Assembly (NCBI GenBank): GCA_963422205.2
Contig: CAXMWX010000012.1
Location: forward strand, 1 to 64,000
Source: Gammaproteobacteria bacterium
Lineage (GTDB): Bacteria > Pseudomonadota > Gammaproteobacteria > Eutrophobiales > Eutrophobiaceae
DNA: 64,000 nt
Direction of reading: 5' to 3'
Part shown: one piece after another, positions 26,596-36,118 of the stretch
Position numbering within the stretch: position 1 is the first letter of the stretch
How the letters are laid out: the number at the start of each line of letters is the position of its first letter
Notes under the pieces: generated by a model
The model's database searches: none
The model's input: the letters and a program-made list of their open reading frames with translations, nothing else
Told to the model about the DNA's origin: nothing
Made by a program: the position numbers and the translations under genes

Positions 26596-28340
26596 TTGCC
26601 AGTGCGACCAGCTCCAGAGCGTTCCTGGATGAGTTAAGCGATCTGGCCCGCACACTGCGCCAGGAGATTGAAGCGCATGCGGCGGGTATTGACCCCTCAG
26701 CCGAGGCCATCAAGCAACGCCGCCAGCGGGTGTTGCAGAGTGACTTTCAGTTCTTTGCTTACACCTACTTCCCGCACCATATCCGTGGTGAACCCTCGCG
26801 CTTCCAGGCACACTGCTGTCAGTTGTTCCCGAAGCTGCTTTTCTCGGCTCGCGGTGCCAAGCACGTCTGGGTTGCCCCCCGAGGTGAGTGCAAGAGTTCA
26901 TTGCTGGGTAAGATCGGCGTGGTCTATGTGCATGTGATTGCCTTGCTGCAACGTCCCGACATCCGCCGGGAAGTGGGCTGGCGGGGCAAGCCTCCATACT
27001 TCATTGACTATGTGAATCTCTTAGGGGCCGAGACCCGCCTGCCGACCAAGCTGATGGAGGTCGGCAAGGTAGAACTCACTGTCAATGCCGCACTGGCAAT
27101 GGATTTTCCTGAAGTGACTGGCCGAGGTGAACTCTGGAAAGTCGGTGAGTATATCGGCCGCACGGGTGTTAAGGTTGAACCCTTCGGCGCTGAACAAGCC
27201 ATCCGTGGCACCTTTGCCGGAGCATCCAGGCCCAAGCTCCTGATACCGGATGATCTCATCACCGACAAGGAAGCCAAATCCCCCACTGAGCGCGATAACC
27301 GCTGGAACTGGCTGGAAGCCGCTGTCGATTATCTCGGCCCGCCTGATGGCACTGTCAAGCTCTGTGGTGCGGGTACGATCTTAAATAGTGATGATCCCAT
27401 CTCCCGTGCCAAACACACCATCGGCTATCAGGTGCATCACTTCAAAGCCATTGAACGGCTGCCGGCACGCATGGACTTGTGGGATCAGTGCGAGCAGTTG
27501 ATCCGCAATGAGGACAAGCGGGTACAGGACAGGCTGACACAACAAGGCAAGGAAGTCACCGATGCAGCGCTGCCCTCCTATCAGTTCTATCTCAAGCACA
27601 AGCGCAAGATGGACAAGGGAGCGATCACATCCTGGCCAGCCGTGCGCTCACTCTACTGGCTAATGAAGCAGCGTGCCAAGAACCCTCGCAGCTTCGGTAC
27701 AGAAATGCAGGGCGAGGCACGTAACGATGAGGACAGGGTGTTTACCGACATGCAATTCTGGGTCTCACGCCTTAAGCACTGGGTGTATCTCGCTGGCTGT
27801 GACCCGTCTATGGGCAAGAGTGAGACTGCCGATCCTTCGGCCATTGTGGTGGGCGGGCTGGACTTGGAAAGCAAACGCCTGCACATCATCCATGCCAGCA
27901 TCAAGCGCCGGCTGCCGACCAAGCTCTTTGCTGACATGCGCGCCATGCAAGGTGAGTACAACATCCAGGGCTGGGGCTTTGAGAATAACAGTGCCTTTGA
28001 GTTCATGCGTACCCGGTTCATCAAGGATGCACTTGACCATCAGGTCATCCTGCCCCTGGTACCCTTTACCGAGACCGTACCCTTGGAAGTCCGTATCGAA
28101 TCCTTAGAGCCATTCATCAATGGGGCGGAAGCCAGTATTGCTTTTCATGCCAGCCTGACACCGCTATTGAACGAGCTTAACGACTTCCCATTACCACAGG
28201 CCAATCACCACTACGATGGCCTATCGGCTTTGTACCTGCTGTTCAAGCTCGCCACCACCCGCCGCTATGCTGTGCCTGCTATCAAGACAGCCAGACCGGG
28301 CCGGCGAGGATTAACACGTACCCACTACCGAGGTTACTGA
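26592..28340 (+). CDS. Terminase large subunit
   Basis: APRGECKS, RP.L.IPDD, DPSMGK..DPSAI, HYDG. Confidence 0.9.
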   Translation: MIASATSSRAFLDELSDLARTLRQEIEAHAAGIDPSAEAIKQRRQRVLQSDFQFFAYTYFPHHIRGEPSRFQAHCCQLFPKLLFSARGAKHVWVAPRGECKSSLLGKIGVVYVHVIALLQRPDIRREVGWRGKPPYFIDYVNLLGAETRLPTKLMEVGKVELTVNAALAMDFPEVTGRGELWKVGEYIGRTGVKVEPFGAEQAIRGTFAGASRPKLLIPDDLITDKEAKSPTERDNRWNWLEAAVDYLGPPDGTVKLCGAGTILNSDDPISRAKHTIGYQVHHFKAIERLPARMDLWDQCEQLIRNEDKRVQDRLTQQGKEVTDAALPSYQFYLKHKRKMDKGAITSWPAVRSLYWLMKQRAKNPRSFGTEMQGEARNDEDRVFTDMQFWVSRLKHWVYLAGCDPSMGKSETADPSAIVVGGLDLESKRLHIIHASIKRRLPTKLFADMRAMQGEYNIQGWGFENNSAFEFMRTRFIKDALDHQVILPLVPFTETVPLEVRIESLEPFINGAEASIAFHASLTPLLNELNDFPLPQANHHYDGLSALYLLFKLATTRRYAVPAIKTARPGRRGLTRTHYRGY

Positions 28341-29878
28341 TGCCAGACTCAACCATTACTCGCCTGACCCGCCGGCACATACGCACCGAGGTGGCCACAA
28401 GAGCAGTTGACCCCCTGTTCACCTCCGCACTACAGGTACTGCCCAACCCTGACCGGGTACTAAGAAAGATGGGCAAGTCTTATGAAGTCTATGCCGATAT
28501 GTTCGGTGATGCCCATATCCTGGGCGAGCTACGCGCCGTGCGTGCCGCCCTCTTGGCCTTTGAATGGCAACTTACCCCCGGCGGTGACAGGGCGGCTGAT
28601 GTGCGGGCCGTGGAGTTGTGCGATACGCTGATGGCTGGCCGACCTGCTCCCCGGATGCACTGGACAGATGTTCTCTGGAGCATGGGACTGTCGGTGTTCT
28701 ATGGCTTTGCGGTGCATGAAGTGGTGTGGGAACACGCAGATGGCCTGTGGCTGCCCGCAGCGATCCTCGACCGCCCGCAGCGCCGCTTTGTGTTCGATGC
28801 CGATAATCACCTGCGCATTTTAACCCGAAGCGCCCCCGTGACCGGTGATCTGTTAGGGGATTACAAATGGCTGATCACCTCGCACATGGCCAGCCATGAG
28901 AACCCCTATGGCGTAGCGGTACTCTCGGCCTGCTTCTGGCCGTATGTGTTCAAGCATGGCGGTTTTAAGTTCTTTAGCAAGTTCTGTGAGAAATACGGCA
29001 TCCCCTGGGCGATTGGCAAATACCCACCCGGGACAGCAGAGACTGAGCAGGACAAACTGCTGGATAGCTTGGCGGCCATGATCGAAGAGGCCTGCGTGGT
29101 CACCGATACCGATAGCCAGATTGAACTCATTGAAGCCACAGCCAATGCCCGACCGATACAGGAACGGCTGATCGACCTCTGCAATCGGGAACTCTCCAAG
29201 GCACTCACTTCACAAACCCTGGCCACCGAGATACAGGGGCAGGGCGCCAGAGCCGCCAGCCAGACCCACAGAGAAAGGGAGATCACTGTCAATCAGTCTG
29301 ACCGCATCGTCATTGAGCAGTCCTTCAATCAACTCTTTGCCTGGATAACCCAACTCAATGTGGCCGATGCCGCCCCGCCACGCTTTCGCTTCTATGAGGA
29401 AGCAGAAGCACGTAAAGACATGGCCGAGTATCTCAATGAAGCCCACCAACTGATCGATATGAAACGCTCAGAAGTCTACGAGCGCCTGCAACTGACCGCA
29501 CCACAGGCCGATGATGAGATCATACCAAGAGCCAGCTCACCAGCAGAGCAACCAGAGGGTAATACGGCAACACCAGAGGCAGCCGAGTTCACGTACTGCC
29601 CGGCTTGCAGCCAGGGCAGTGACCAGGGTTATACCTTTGCTGAGGATGATGCTGACCCCCTGGTCAATCAAGCAGTCAATGCGGCGGATGCGGTCATTGA
29701 GACCCTGCCGGCCAGCGTCTATGACACCTTGCTGGAATTTGAACAGGCGGGCAAGTCATTAGCGGAGTTCGAAGCGGCCCTGCCGGAACTCATGCCTGAG
29801 CTGGATGAGACGGCACTGGCTCAGATCGTCCAACTGGTCTTGACCACCAGTTACCTTGCTGGCATGGATGATGGGTAA
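28340..29878 (+). CDS. Portal protein (Mu gp29, DUF935)
   Basis: NPYG..LS.CFWP..FK.GG..F..F.EKYG.PW. Confidence 0.92.
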   Translation: MPDSTITRLTRRHIRTEVATRAVDPLFTSALQVLPNPDRVLRKMGKSYEVYADMFGDAHILGELRAVRAALLAFEWQLTPGGDRAADVRAVELCDTLMAGRPAPRMHWTDVLWSMGLSVFYGFAVHEVVWEHADGLWLPAAILDRPQRRFVFDADNHLRILTRSAPVTGDLLGDYKWLITSHMASHENPYGVAVLSACFWPYVFKHGGFKFFSKFCEKYGIPWAIGKYPPGTAETEQDKLLDSLAAMIEEACVVTDTDSQIELIEATANARPIQERLIDLCNRELSKALTSQTLATEIQGQGARAASQTHREREITVNQSDRIVIEQSFNQLFAWITQLNVADAAPPRFRFYEEAEARKDMAEYLNEAHQLIDMKRSEVYERLQLTAPQADDEIIPRASSPAEQPEGNTATPEAAEFTYCPACSQGSDQGYTFAEDDADPLVNQAVNAADAVIETLPASVYDTLLEFEQAGKSLAEFEAALPELMPELDETALAQIVQLVLTTSYLAGMDDG

Positions 29879-29880
29879 AT

Positions 29881-29971
29881 CAGAAGACAGAGGACTGAAT
29901 ACAGACTGGTGGAATGCCGCTCTGCGGCATACTTTATTTTCCGTCTTCCGTCATCTGTCATCTGTCCTCCG
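29881..29971 (+). repeat. Heptamer-repeat hairpin element, copy 2
   Basis: cagaaga cagagga ctgaata cagactg / GGAATGCCGC-tct-GCGGCATAC / tcttccg tcatctg tcatctg tcctccg. Confidence 0.75.
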
Positions 29972-29986
29972 AATAGAGCGGCCATA

Positions 29987-31222
29987 ATGCCTGAAGTCAA
30001 GCTCGGTGCGGTACCTTTCACTGAGGCCATTGCCTATCTCAAGGACAAGGTCGATATACCCACTGAACACTGGGATGACTTGCTTGGTGATATTAGGGCC
30101 AGGAGCTTTGCTGTGGCCGGTGCAGTCAAGGTCGATATGGTCAAAGACTTCAGGGAAGCACTGATCAAGGTGAGAGAGAAAGGTGGGACGATTGCTGACT
30201 TCCGAAAAGCGTTCGATCGTATCGTAGCCAGGTATGGCTGGAGCTACAAGGGCAGCCGAGGCTGGCGAACACGGGTCATCTTTGGCAACAACATGCGATC
30301 CGCATCAATGGCCGGTCGCTGGCAACAAATGCAGCGCACTAAAGCCACCCGTCCCTATCTGGAATACTTATCAGTCGGCGATACCCGTGTCCGACCTGAA
30401 CATGCCGCCTGGCATGGGCTTATTCTGCATATTGACGATCCCTGGTTTGATACGCACTACCCGCCCAATGGCTTCGGCTGTCGCTGCACGGTCAGAACCT
30501 TGAGTGAACGCCAGCTTGAGCGGGAAGGTAAGACTTTAAGCAAAGCCCCGGCACTTAAGAGAACCAAGCGCATCAATACCCGTACCGGGGAAGTCTATGG
30601 CGATGTCCCCAAGGGCATTGGTGTGGGCTGGGATTATAACGTCGGCAAGGCCTGGATTGCCCCGGAGAGTGTCTTTGGACAGAAGCTCGCCAGCCTGCCC
30701 AAACCCCTGCGTGATGCCGCCCTTGAACAGTTGCCTAAGTTCACCCGCCACCTGCATCGGCCGTATAAGCGCTGGGCAGAGCAGGTGCTTCAACCTGACT
30801 ATCAGACACAGAACAAACAAAGAGTGGTTGGCTATCTGAGCGCACCTGTTGTGAATTATCTTAAAAGCCTGAAAGATGAGAAATTGGTACCTAAAAACCT
30901 GGCTATTACGCTGACGGATGTCCGCCTAAGACGCATGGTCAGGGATTTGAAAAAGCGTGAGGGGATAGATATTCCGGACGATGAACTACTCAACCTGTCC
31001 AGACACATTGAACATCCGCAGGCCGTGTTGTTTGATAAAGTCAATCCGGCACTGCTCTATATTTTTGATGCCGACGAGGATGTGCGTTTGGGTAAGATAG
31101 TGGTTCGGGTGAACTACCAGGAAAGAGGTAAGCCCACTAACAGTATTCGCTCCGGCGGTATGGTGCGGCCTATTCATTTGAAAGATAAGGTACAGTATAA
31201 ATTGATAGAGGGAGGTTTATAG
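29987..31222 (+). CDS. MuF head morphogenesis protein with ~160-aa C-terminal extension
   Basis: PF.EAI.Y, D.RVRP.H, YPPNGFGCRCTV, GWDYNVG, then an extra domain. Confidence 0.9.
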   Translation: MPEVKLGAVPFTEAIAYLKDKVDIPTEHWDDLLGDIRARSFAVAGAVKVDMVKDFREALIKVREKGGTIADFRKAFDRIVARYGWSYKGSRGWRTRVIFGNNMRSASMAGRWQQMQRTKATRPYLEYLSVGDTRVRPEHAAWHGLILHIDDPWFDTHYPPNGFGCRCTVRTLSERQLEREGKTLSKAPALKRTKRINTRTGEVYGDVPKGIGVGWDYNVGKAWIAPESVFGQKLASLPKPLRDAALEQLPKFTRHLHRPYKRWAEQVLQPDYQTQNKQRVVGYLSAPVVNYLKSLKDEKLVPKNLAITLTDVRLRRMVRDLKKREGIDIPDDELLNLSRHIEHPQAVLFDKVNPALLYIFDADEDVRLGKIVVRVNYQERGKPTNSIRSGGMVRPIHLKDKVQYKLIEGGL

Positions 31223-31225
31223 ATG

Positions 31226-31348
31226 CCTGCCGCGTAGCGGGACGCCACCCAGGTCACAATGCCTGGCACCCCCGCATCGGGCTGTCACTATTGCTAAGAT
31301 AGGATCTCCCCGCTGGCCCGACGATTTTCCAGCTATTACGCAGCAGGT
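31226..31348 (-). ncRNA. Putative structured ncRNA convergent with MuF
   Basis: 11-bp closing stem (31226-31236/31337-31347), two internal arms, extended -10 promoter just upstream on the minus strand. Confidence 0.6.
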
Positions 31349-31353
31349 ACTTC

Positions 31354-31362
31354 AGTATAGCA
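31354..31362 (-). promoter_or_regulatory. Extended -10 promoter TG-C-TATACT
   Basis: Predicted +1 at ~31347-31348, the first base of the closing stem. Confidence 0.6.
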
Positions 31363-31404
31363 TCAAACCCGCTTCAAAGCAGCCGTAAATGGCTATTAAC
31401 CGCC

Positions 31405-31615
31405 CTCAAAATGATCACTTTTCGGGTAATTGTGAGCATAAAATGCACATTTTAGGATGATTTTTTGTACATTTTATTAGCATTAAATGCACATTTTTAT
31501 CTCAAAATGAACGTTTTTAAAATTCTACCCCCATCTGCCCGAAACCCTTATCCACACGAGCTTTCAGCGATTTTTTCTCTATTTTTCTCTGTCTCAAAAT
31601 GATCACCACCACCCA
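31405..31615. repeat. Prophage end: three putative transposase-binding repeats and terminal CA
   Basis: CTCAAAATGA at 31405, 31501, 31593; AGCAT(A/T)AAATGCACATTTT at 31435 and 31479. Confidence 0.7.
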
Positions 31616-31794
31616 CGAGGCGGCACAAGATCAGCGTTGCGCCTTTTTTTATCGTTGAGCAGGATGATGGCGAACAGGCCGTGTATACGATCTACCTTCG
31701 GTTCCTGAAAGAGGTGTTAGAACAGCGAGGCGGCAGCGCACAGCAGGAGGCAGCAGAGTGCATGGACAAAGACCCCTCGCTGGATTATCTGTGA
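31616..31794 (+). pseudogene. 3' remnant of a host gene interrupted by the prophage (thioredoxin-like conserved protein)
   Basis: Start-less frame RRHKISVAPFFIVEQDDGEQAVYTIYLRFLKEVLEQ...DPSLDYL*. Confidence 0.6.
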
Positions 31795-31825
31795 GTCGCC
31801 AGCCTGTCACCGCCACCCGCACGGC

Positions 31826-32800
31826 CTAGTATCGGGGCAAATCGATAGCTGCAAACACGGCCTCCAATTCATGATGAATCTTGCTCTGCATCGCCTGCAT
31901 GGTCAGCGCTTTCGTCAGGTGCGGGGCAAATTGCTCAATAAAATCATACATGAAATTGCGTAGATAGATACCGCGCCGAAAGCCAATTTTTGTCGTGCTG
32001 GATTCAAATAAATGGGACGCATCCAGCGCCACCAGATCCGCATCCAGCACCTTGTCATGGGCGATGCTGGCGATGATGCCCACCCCCATCCCCAGTCTGA
32101 CATAGGTCTTGATGACATCGGCATCGGCGGCGGTAAAGACAACGTTGGGCTGCAAGCCGGCCGCATTGAATGCCTTGTCCAGCTGAGAGCGTCCGGTAAA
32201 GCCAAAGACATAGGTGACAATCGGGTACTGCGCGATGCTGGATAGGGCCAATGTCGGTAAGGCGGCCAGGGGGTGATCCTGCGGCACGATCACGCTGCGG
32301 TTCCAGCGGTAGCACGGCAGCATGATCAGGGTGTCAAACAATTCCAGGGCCTCGGTGGCGATGGCAAAATCCACCGTGCCGTTGGCAGCCAGCTCCGATA
32401 TCTGCATGGGCGTGCCCTGGTGCATGTTCAGCGTCACATCGGCATATTTTTTCCTGAATTGGCTGATGATGGGCGGGAGAACATAGCGCGCCTGGGTGTG
32501 TGTGGTGGCAATAGATAAGGTGCCGCGATTCTCTGTGGTGAACTCCTGCGCCAGATGGCGAATATTCTCAACCTTGTCCAGTATCTCACCGGCCAGGGCG
32601 ATGATCGCCTTGCCAGCGGGCGTGATCTCCTTGAGGTGTTTACCGCTGCGGTTGAATATCCTCAAGCCCAACTCCTCTTCAAGCAGGCTGATTTGCTTGC
32701 TGATCCCCGGCTGTGAGGTGTGGATATTTTCAGCAGTGACCGAGACGTTGAGATGATATCGGGCGACTTCCCAGATATAGCGCAGTTGTTGCAGCTTCAT
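31826..32800 (-). CDS. cysB: LysR-family cys regulon activator CysB
   Basis: MKLQQLRYIWEV..TSQPGISKQI; IATTHTQARY; VTYVFGFTGRS. Confidence 0.95.
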   Translation of the reverse strand: MKLQQLRYIWEVARYHLNVSVTAENIHTSQPGISKQISLLEEELGLRIFNRSGKHLKEITPAGKAIIALAGEILDKVENIRHLAQEFTTENRGTLSIATTHTQARYVLPPIISQFRKKYADVTLNMHQGTPMQISELAANGTVDFAIATEALELFDTLIMLPCYRWNRSVIVPQDHPLAALPTLALSSIAQYPIVTYVFGFTGRSQLDKAFNAAGLQPNVVFTAADADVIKTYVRLGMGVGIIASIAHDKVLDADLVALDASHLFESSTTKIGFRRGIYLRNFMYDFIEQFAPHLTKALTMQAMQSKIHHELEAVFAAIDLPRY

Positions 32801-32906
32801 TTTTATACTTTTTAATTATAAAAATATGTGAAAAAATTACTTTTAATTATAGTTAAGCCTGTAATAAAGTCGCAAGTTCAATTCTCATCTCCTTTAATAC
32901 GGCGGT

Positions 32907-33695
32907 ATGGATCCTGCACTGACACTTGCTGGCTTTCTCGTTGGCTTTATCGTTGGCCTCACTGGTGTGGGCGGTGGCTCGCTGATGACGCCGATACTGG
33001 TGTTGGTATTTGCTGTTAAGCCAGCCGTTGCCGTGGGGACTGATCTGCTGTATGCCGCGGTCACCAAAAGCGGCGGCATCCTCGCCCATCAGGTACGTAA
33101 CACGATTAACTGGCAGGTAGTCGGCTGGCTGTCTCTGGGCAGCATCCCGGCCACCCTGGTGGCGCTCGGCATCATCGGGCAACTGCACCAGCAGGGCGTG
33201 AATTACGATCACATCATCACCCATACGCTTAGCTTTGCGCTGGTGCTGACGGCGCTGGCAATCATCTTTAAAGACAAACTCATGCGCCTGGGCGAAAAAG
33301 AGCAGTTTGCCATTATCAAGGCATGTCATACTACCTTGCTTAAACCCGCCACTGTCCTGTCCGGTGCGCTCATAGGTGCCCTGGTCAGTTTCTCATCTGT
33401 CGGGGCCGGTGCCCTGGGAGCCGCCGTTTTATTTTTTCTCTATCCGGGAATGAGGGCAATACGGATCATCGGCACTGATCTGGCACATGCGGTGCCCATC
33501 ACGGCGATAGCCGGTGCAGGTCACTGGCATATCGGCACGGTGGACTTTACCTTGCTGTTTGCGCTGCTCATCGGCTCACTGCCGGGCATTTATCTTGGCA
33601 GCCGGGTGGGGGCGGGCTTGCCGGATAAATATCTCAGGCCGATCCTCGCCACGGTACTGCTGTTGATCGGCAGTAAACTGGCAATCGCCGGATAG
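32907..33695 (+). CDS. TauE/SafE sulfite exporter family protein
   Basis: VGLTGVGGGSLMTP; AVGTDL; GTDLAHAVP. Confidence 0.92.
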   Translation: MDPALTLAGFLVGFIVGLTGVGGGSLMTPILVLVFAVKPAVAVGTDLLYAAVTKSGGILAHQVRNTINWQVVGWLSLGSIPATLVALGIIGQLHQQGVNYDHIITHTLSFALVLTALAIIFKDKLMRLGEKEQFAIIKACHTTLLKPATVLSGALIGALVSFSSVGAGALGAAVLFFLYPGMRAIRIIGTDLAHAVPITAIAGAGHWHIGTVDFTLLFALLIGSLPGIYLGSRVGAGLPDKYLRPILATVLLLIGSKLAIAG

Positions 33696-33711
33696 CGGCT
33701 TGCAGCAGGCG

Positions 33712-33939
33712 TTAATTCAGAGTCGTTTGTTTATACTGGCTGATAATGGCTGCCATCTGATCTTTCAGCAACAGCTTTCTCTTCTTCATATCCTCCAGAT
33801 GATAGTCATCAACCGTTGTACTTTTGCTGTTCGCTGCATCCACTTTTTCATTTAATTCAGCATGTTTGTGGTACAGACGTTTGAAGTTACTATCCTCTGA
33901 AAGTAACGTATCAACGATGTGCTGCTCATGTTCGAACAT
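33712..33939 (-). CDS. DUF465 (YdcH-like) coiled-coil protein
   Basis: FKRLY.KH..L...V....LE.MKK.KL.LKD. Confidence 0.8.
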   Translation of the reverse strand: MFEHEQHIVDTLLSEDSNFKRLYHKHAELNEKVDAANSKSTTVDDYHLEDMKKRKLLLKDQMAAIISQYKQTTLN

Positions 33940-34198
33940 AAAAAATCCCCCTGGTGTTAAGTTGGTGTCTGTTTGTGTCGGGTTTTGCTGCCGGGTGCCA
34001 GCAACATAAACAGCTGCTGGAGCAGTTGCCTTAACAGTGGTAAGGGCAGTGGTGAGATTGATTATCATACGGTATCGGTGTTAAACATAGCCGAAAAAAC
34101 GACAGATCACAAGCACTAAACCGTACTGACATTGCGATACATAACTGGTAAAATCATTATTTATCAATCAGTTAAAATATCTCTACGGAACAAAACCC

Positions 34199-35155
34199 AT
34201 GCCCGATAACAAAATTCATGGCCGCCTGCTGCGGTTACTCATCGCCATCCTACCCGGTTTGTATCTGCTCGCTTATGCAGTCAGCAGCACCGCATCCTCA
34301 AACCCGGCATTCAACTTAACGGAGGTTGCCACGGGTATTTATGTGCATCAGGGACAGCATCTTTCAATCGAGGCGCCGGATAACGATGACATTGCCAATA
34401 TCGGTTTTATTATTGGCGATGATTGTATTGCCGTGATTGATACGGGTGGCTCGGTAGAGACAGGCCGACAGCTGCGAGAAGCCATCGAGGCGCTGTCTAC
34501 CCTGCCGGTGTGTTATGTCATCAATACGCATATTCACTTTGATCATGTGCTTGGCAATCGTGCTTTTCAGAATGGCATGACCAGGTTCATCGGCCATCAG
34601 CACATGGCCGATGAGATACCGGCAAACCGGGAGTTTTTTCTGCAACGTTTCGCCGATAATCTCGGCAAGGCGGGCGGTGACGCCGTCATCGGCCCGGATA
34701 TTACCGTTAAAGATACACTGGAGTTGGATCTGGGTAACCGTATCTTGCGGCTCACCGCCCGACCCGTTGCCCATTCGCATACCGACTTGACGGTATACGA
34801 TAAAAACACCAGCACCTTATGGCTGTCAGATCTGTTATTTCAAGACCGTATTCCGGCATTGGACGGCAGCTTGACGGGCTGGCTGGCGCTGATGGCTGAC
34901 TTAACACAGCAACGCATCAAGCAGGTCATCCCCGGACACGGGCCGGCGGTGTTGGCCTGGCCAGCGGCGGCGACTGATCAACAGCGCTACTTAAATGCCC
35001 TGCTGCAACAAACCCGCAAGGCGATTGCCGAGGGCAGGTTCATGGAGGAGATCATCGATACGGTGGGCCGTGAAGAGAAGCACAACTGGCTGCTGCATGA
35101 GGAGAATCACCGGCGTAACGTGACCCGTGCCTTTACTGAGCTGGAATGGGAATAA
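34199..35155 (+). CDS. Exported MBL-fold metallohydrolase (quinoprotein relay / SoxH-like)
   Basis: Signal peptide, THIHFDH, AHS, IPGHG, ends ELEWE. Confidence 0.85.
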   Translation: MPDNKIHGRLLRLLIAILPGLYLLAYAVSSTASSNPAFNLTEVATGIYVHQGQHLSIEAPDNDDIANIGFIIGDDCIAVIDTGGSVETGRQLREAIEALSTLPVCYVINTHIHFDHVLGNRAFQNGMTRFIGHQHMADEIPANREFFLQRFADNLGKAGGDAVIGPDITVKDTLELDLGNRILRLTARPVAHSHTDLTVYDKNTSTLWLSDLLFQDRIPALDGSLTGWLALMADLTQQRIKQVIPGHGPAVLAWPAAATDQQRYLNALLQQTRKAIAEGRFMEEIIDTVGREEKHNWLLHEENHRRNVTRAFTELEWE

Positions 35156-35234
35156 CATCACACCTGACCGAAGGCCGGTATACGTCAGCACATGCCATAA
35201 CATCCACGCCCTGCCCTATCGGCTGCTATCAAAT

Positions 35235-36101
35235 ATGAACGCATGGGTTGAAGGGTTGCTTGGCCTGTTACTGCTGGAACGCCTTGACGATAACATCTTT
35301 CGTGGTCCTAGCCGCGATATTGGCACGGATCGTGTCTACGGCGGGCAGGTGCTCGGGCAAGCGCTCAAGGCCGCCCAGTATACGGTTGAAAACCGGCAGA
35401 TACATTCACTGCATGCCTATTTTCTCCGCCAGGGTGATCACGATTTCCCGATTATTTATGAGGTGGATCGCAGCCGTGATGGCAGGAGCTTTGCCGCCAG
35501 ACGGGTGGTGGCTATTCAGCACGGGCAGCCGATATTCACGCTGTCCGCCTCTTTTCAACATGCCGAAACCGGGCTTGAGTATCAACGTGATATGTCAACC
35601 CCTGTGCCTGCACCTGAAGACCTGCCAGCGATGGACGCACTGGATTCGGAGAGAGTCGGCGAGCTGTCGGAGAAATTCCAGCGCATCGTGAATTTATCCG
35701 CACCGTTTGACTTGCGCCCGGTCGGCCCGATGCAGCAGCTGACCTCGGCAAATTCCGAGCCTCGCCGCCAGTTCTGGTTCAAGACCCTGGATACATTGCC
35801 GGATGATGATGACCTGCATCGTGCCATACTGGCCTATGTCTCAGATTATGGTTTGCTGACCACCACGCTCATACCGCATGGATTTCACATGTTTGACAAC
35901 CAGCTTACCCTGGCAAGCATTGATCATGCAATGTGGTTTCATCGCCCTTTCCGCATGGACGACTGGCTGTTGTATGATTTTGAAGCCCTGTCCACCTCAA
36001 ATGCACGCGGGCTGGCGAAAGGCACCATCTATCAGCAGGATGGCAGGATGGTGGCAACCACCATCCAGGAAGGGCTGATCAGGGTGAGAGAAAAGCCCTG
36101 A
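35235..36101 (+). CDS. tesB: Acyl-CoA thioesterase II
   Basis: VYGGQVLGQ, HSLHAYFLR, ASIDHAMWFHRPF, QEGLIR. Confidence 0.93.
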   Translation: MNAWVEGLLGLLLLERLDDNIFRGPSRDIGTDRVYGGQVLGQALKAAQYTVENRQIHSLHAYFLRQGDHDFPIIYEVDRSRDGRSFAARRVVAIQHGQPIFTLSASFQHAETGLEYQRDMSTPVPAPEDLPAMDALDSERVGELSEKFQRIVNLSAPFDLRPVGPMQQLTSANSEPRRQFWFKTLDTLPDDDDLHRAILAYVSDYGLLTTTLIPHGFHMFDNQLTLASIDHAMWFHRPFRMDDWLLYDFEALSTSNARGLAKGTIYQQDGRMVATTIQEGLIRVREKP

Positions 36102-36118
36102 TGCGCATACATGTACGC

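Larger units (their letters stand above)
1..31615. mobile_element. Mu-like transposable prophage with P2-type contractile tail; left end lies outside the window
   Basis: DDE transposase, MuB-like ATPase, Gam, GemA, Mor, DUF1804, terminase, DUF935 portal, MuF, Mu-type protease, baseplate/sheath/tube genes; repeated end motifs ending in CA near 31615, then host genes. Confidence 0.95.

Noticed and set aside
24253-29971. Heptamer elements as CRISPR or DGR repeats
   Set aside because: No repeat-spacer periodicity, cas genes, reverse transcriptase or adenine-specific TR/VR pair in the window
32801-32860. Repeat tacttttaattata between cysB and tauE as a CysB site
   Set aside because: Plausible, but too AT-rich and low-complexity to support from sequence alone
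20930-33695. Functional link between the phage PAPS-reductase-like gene and insertion next to cysB/tauE
   Set aside because: Mu-like phages insert nearly at random; probably coincidence
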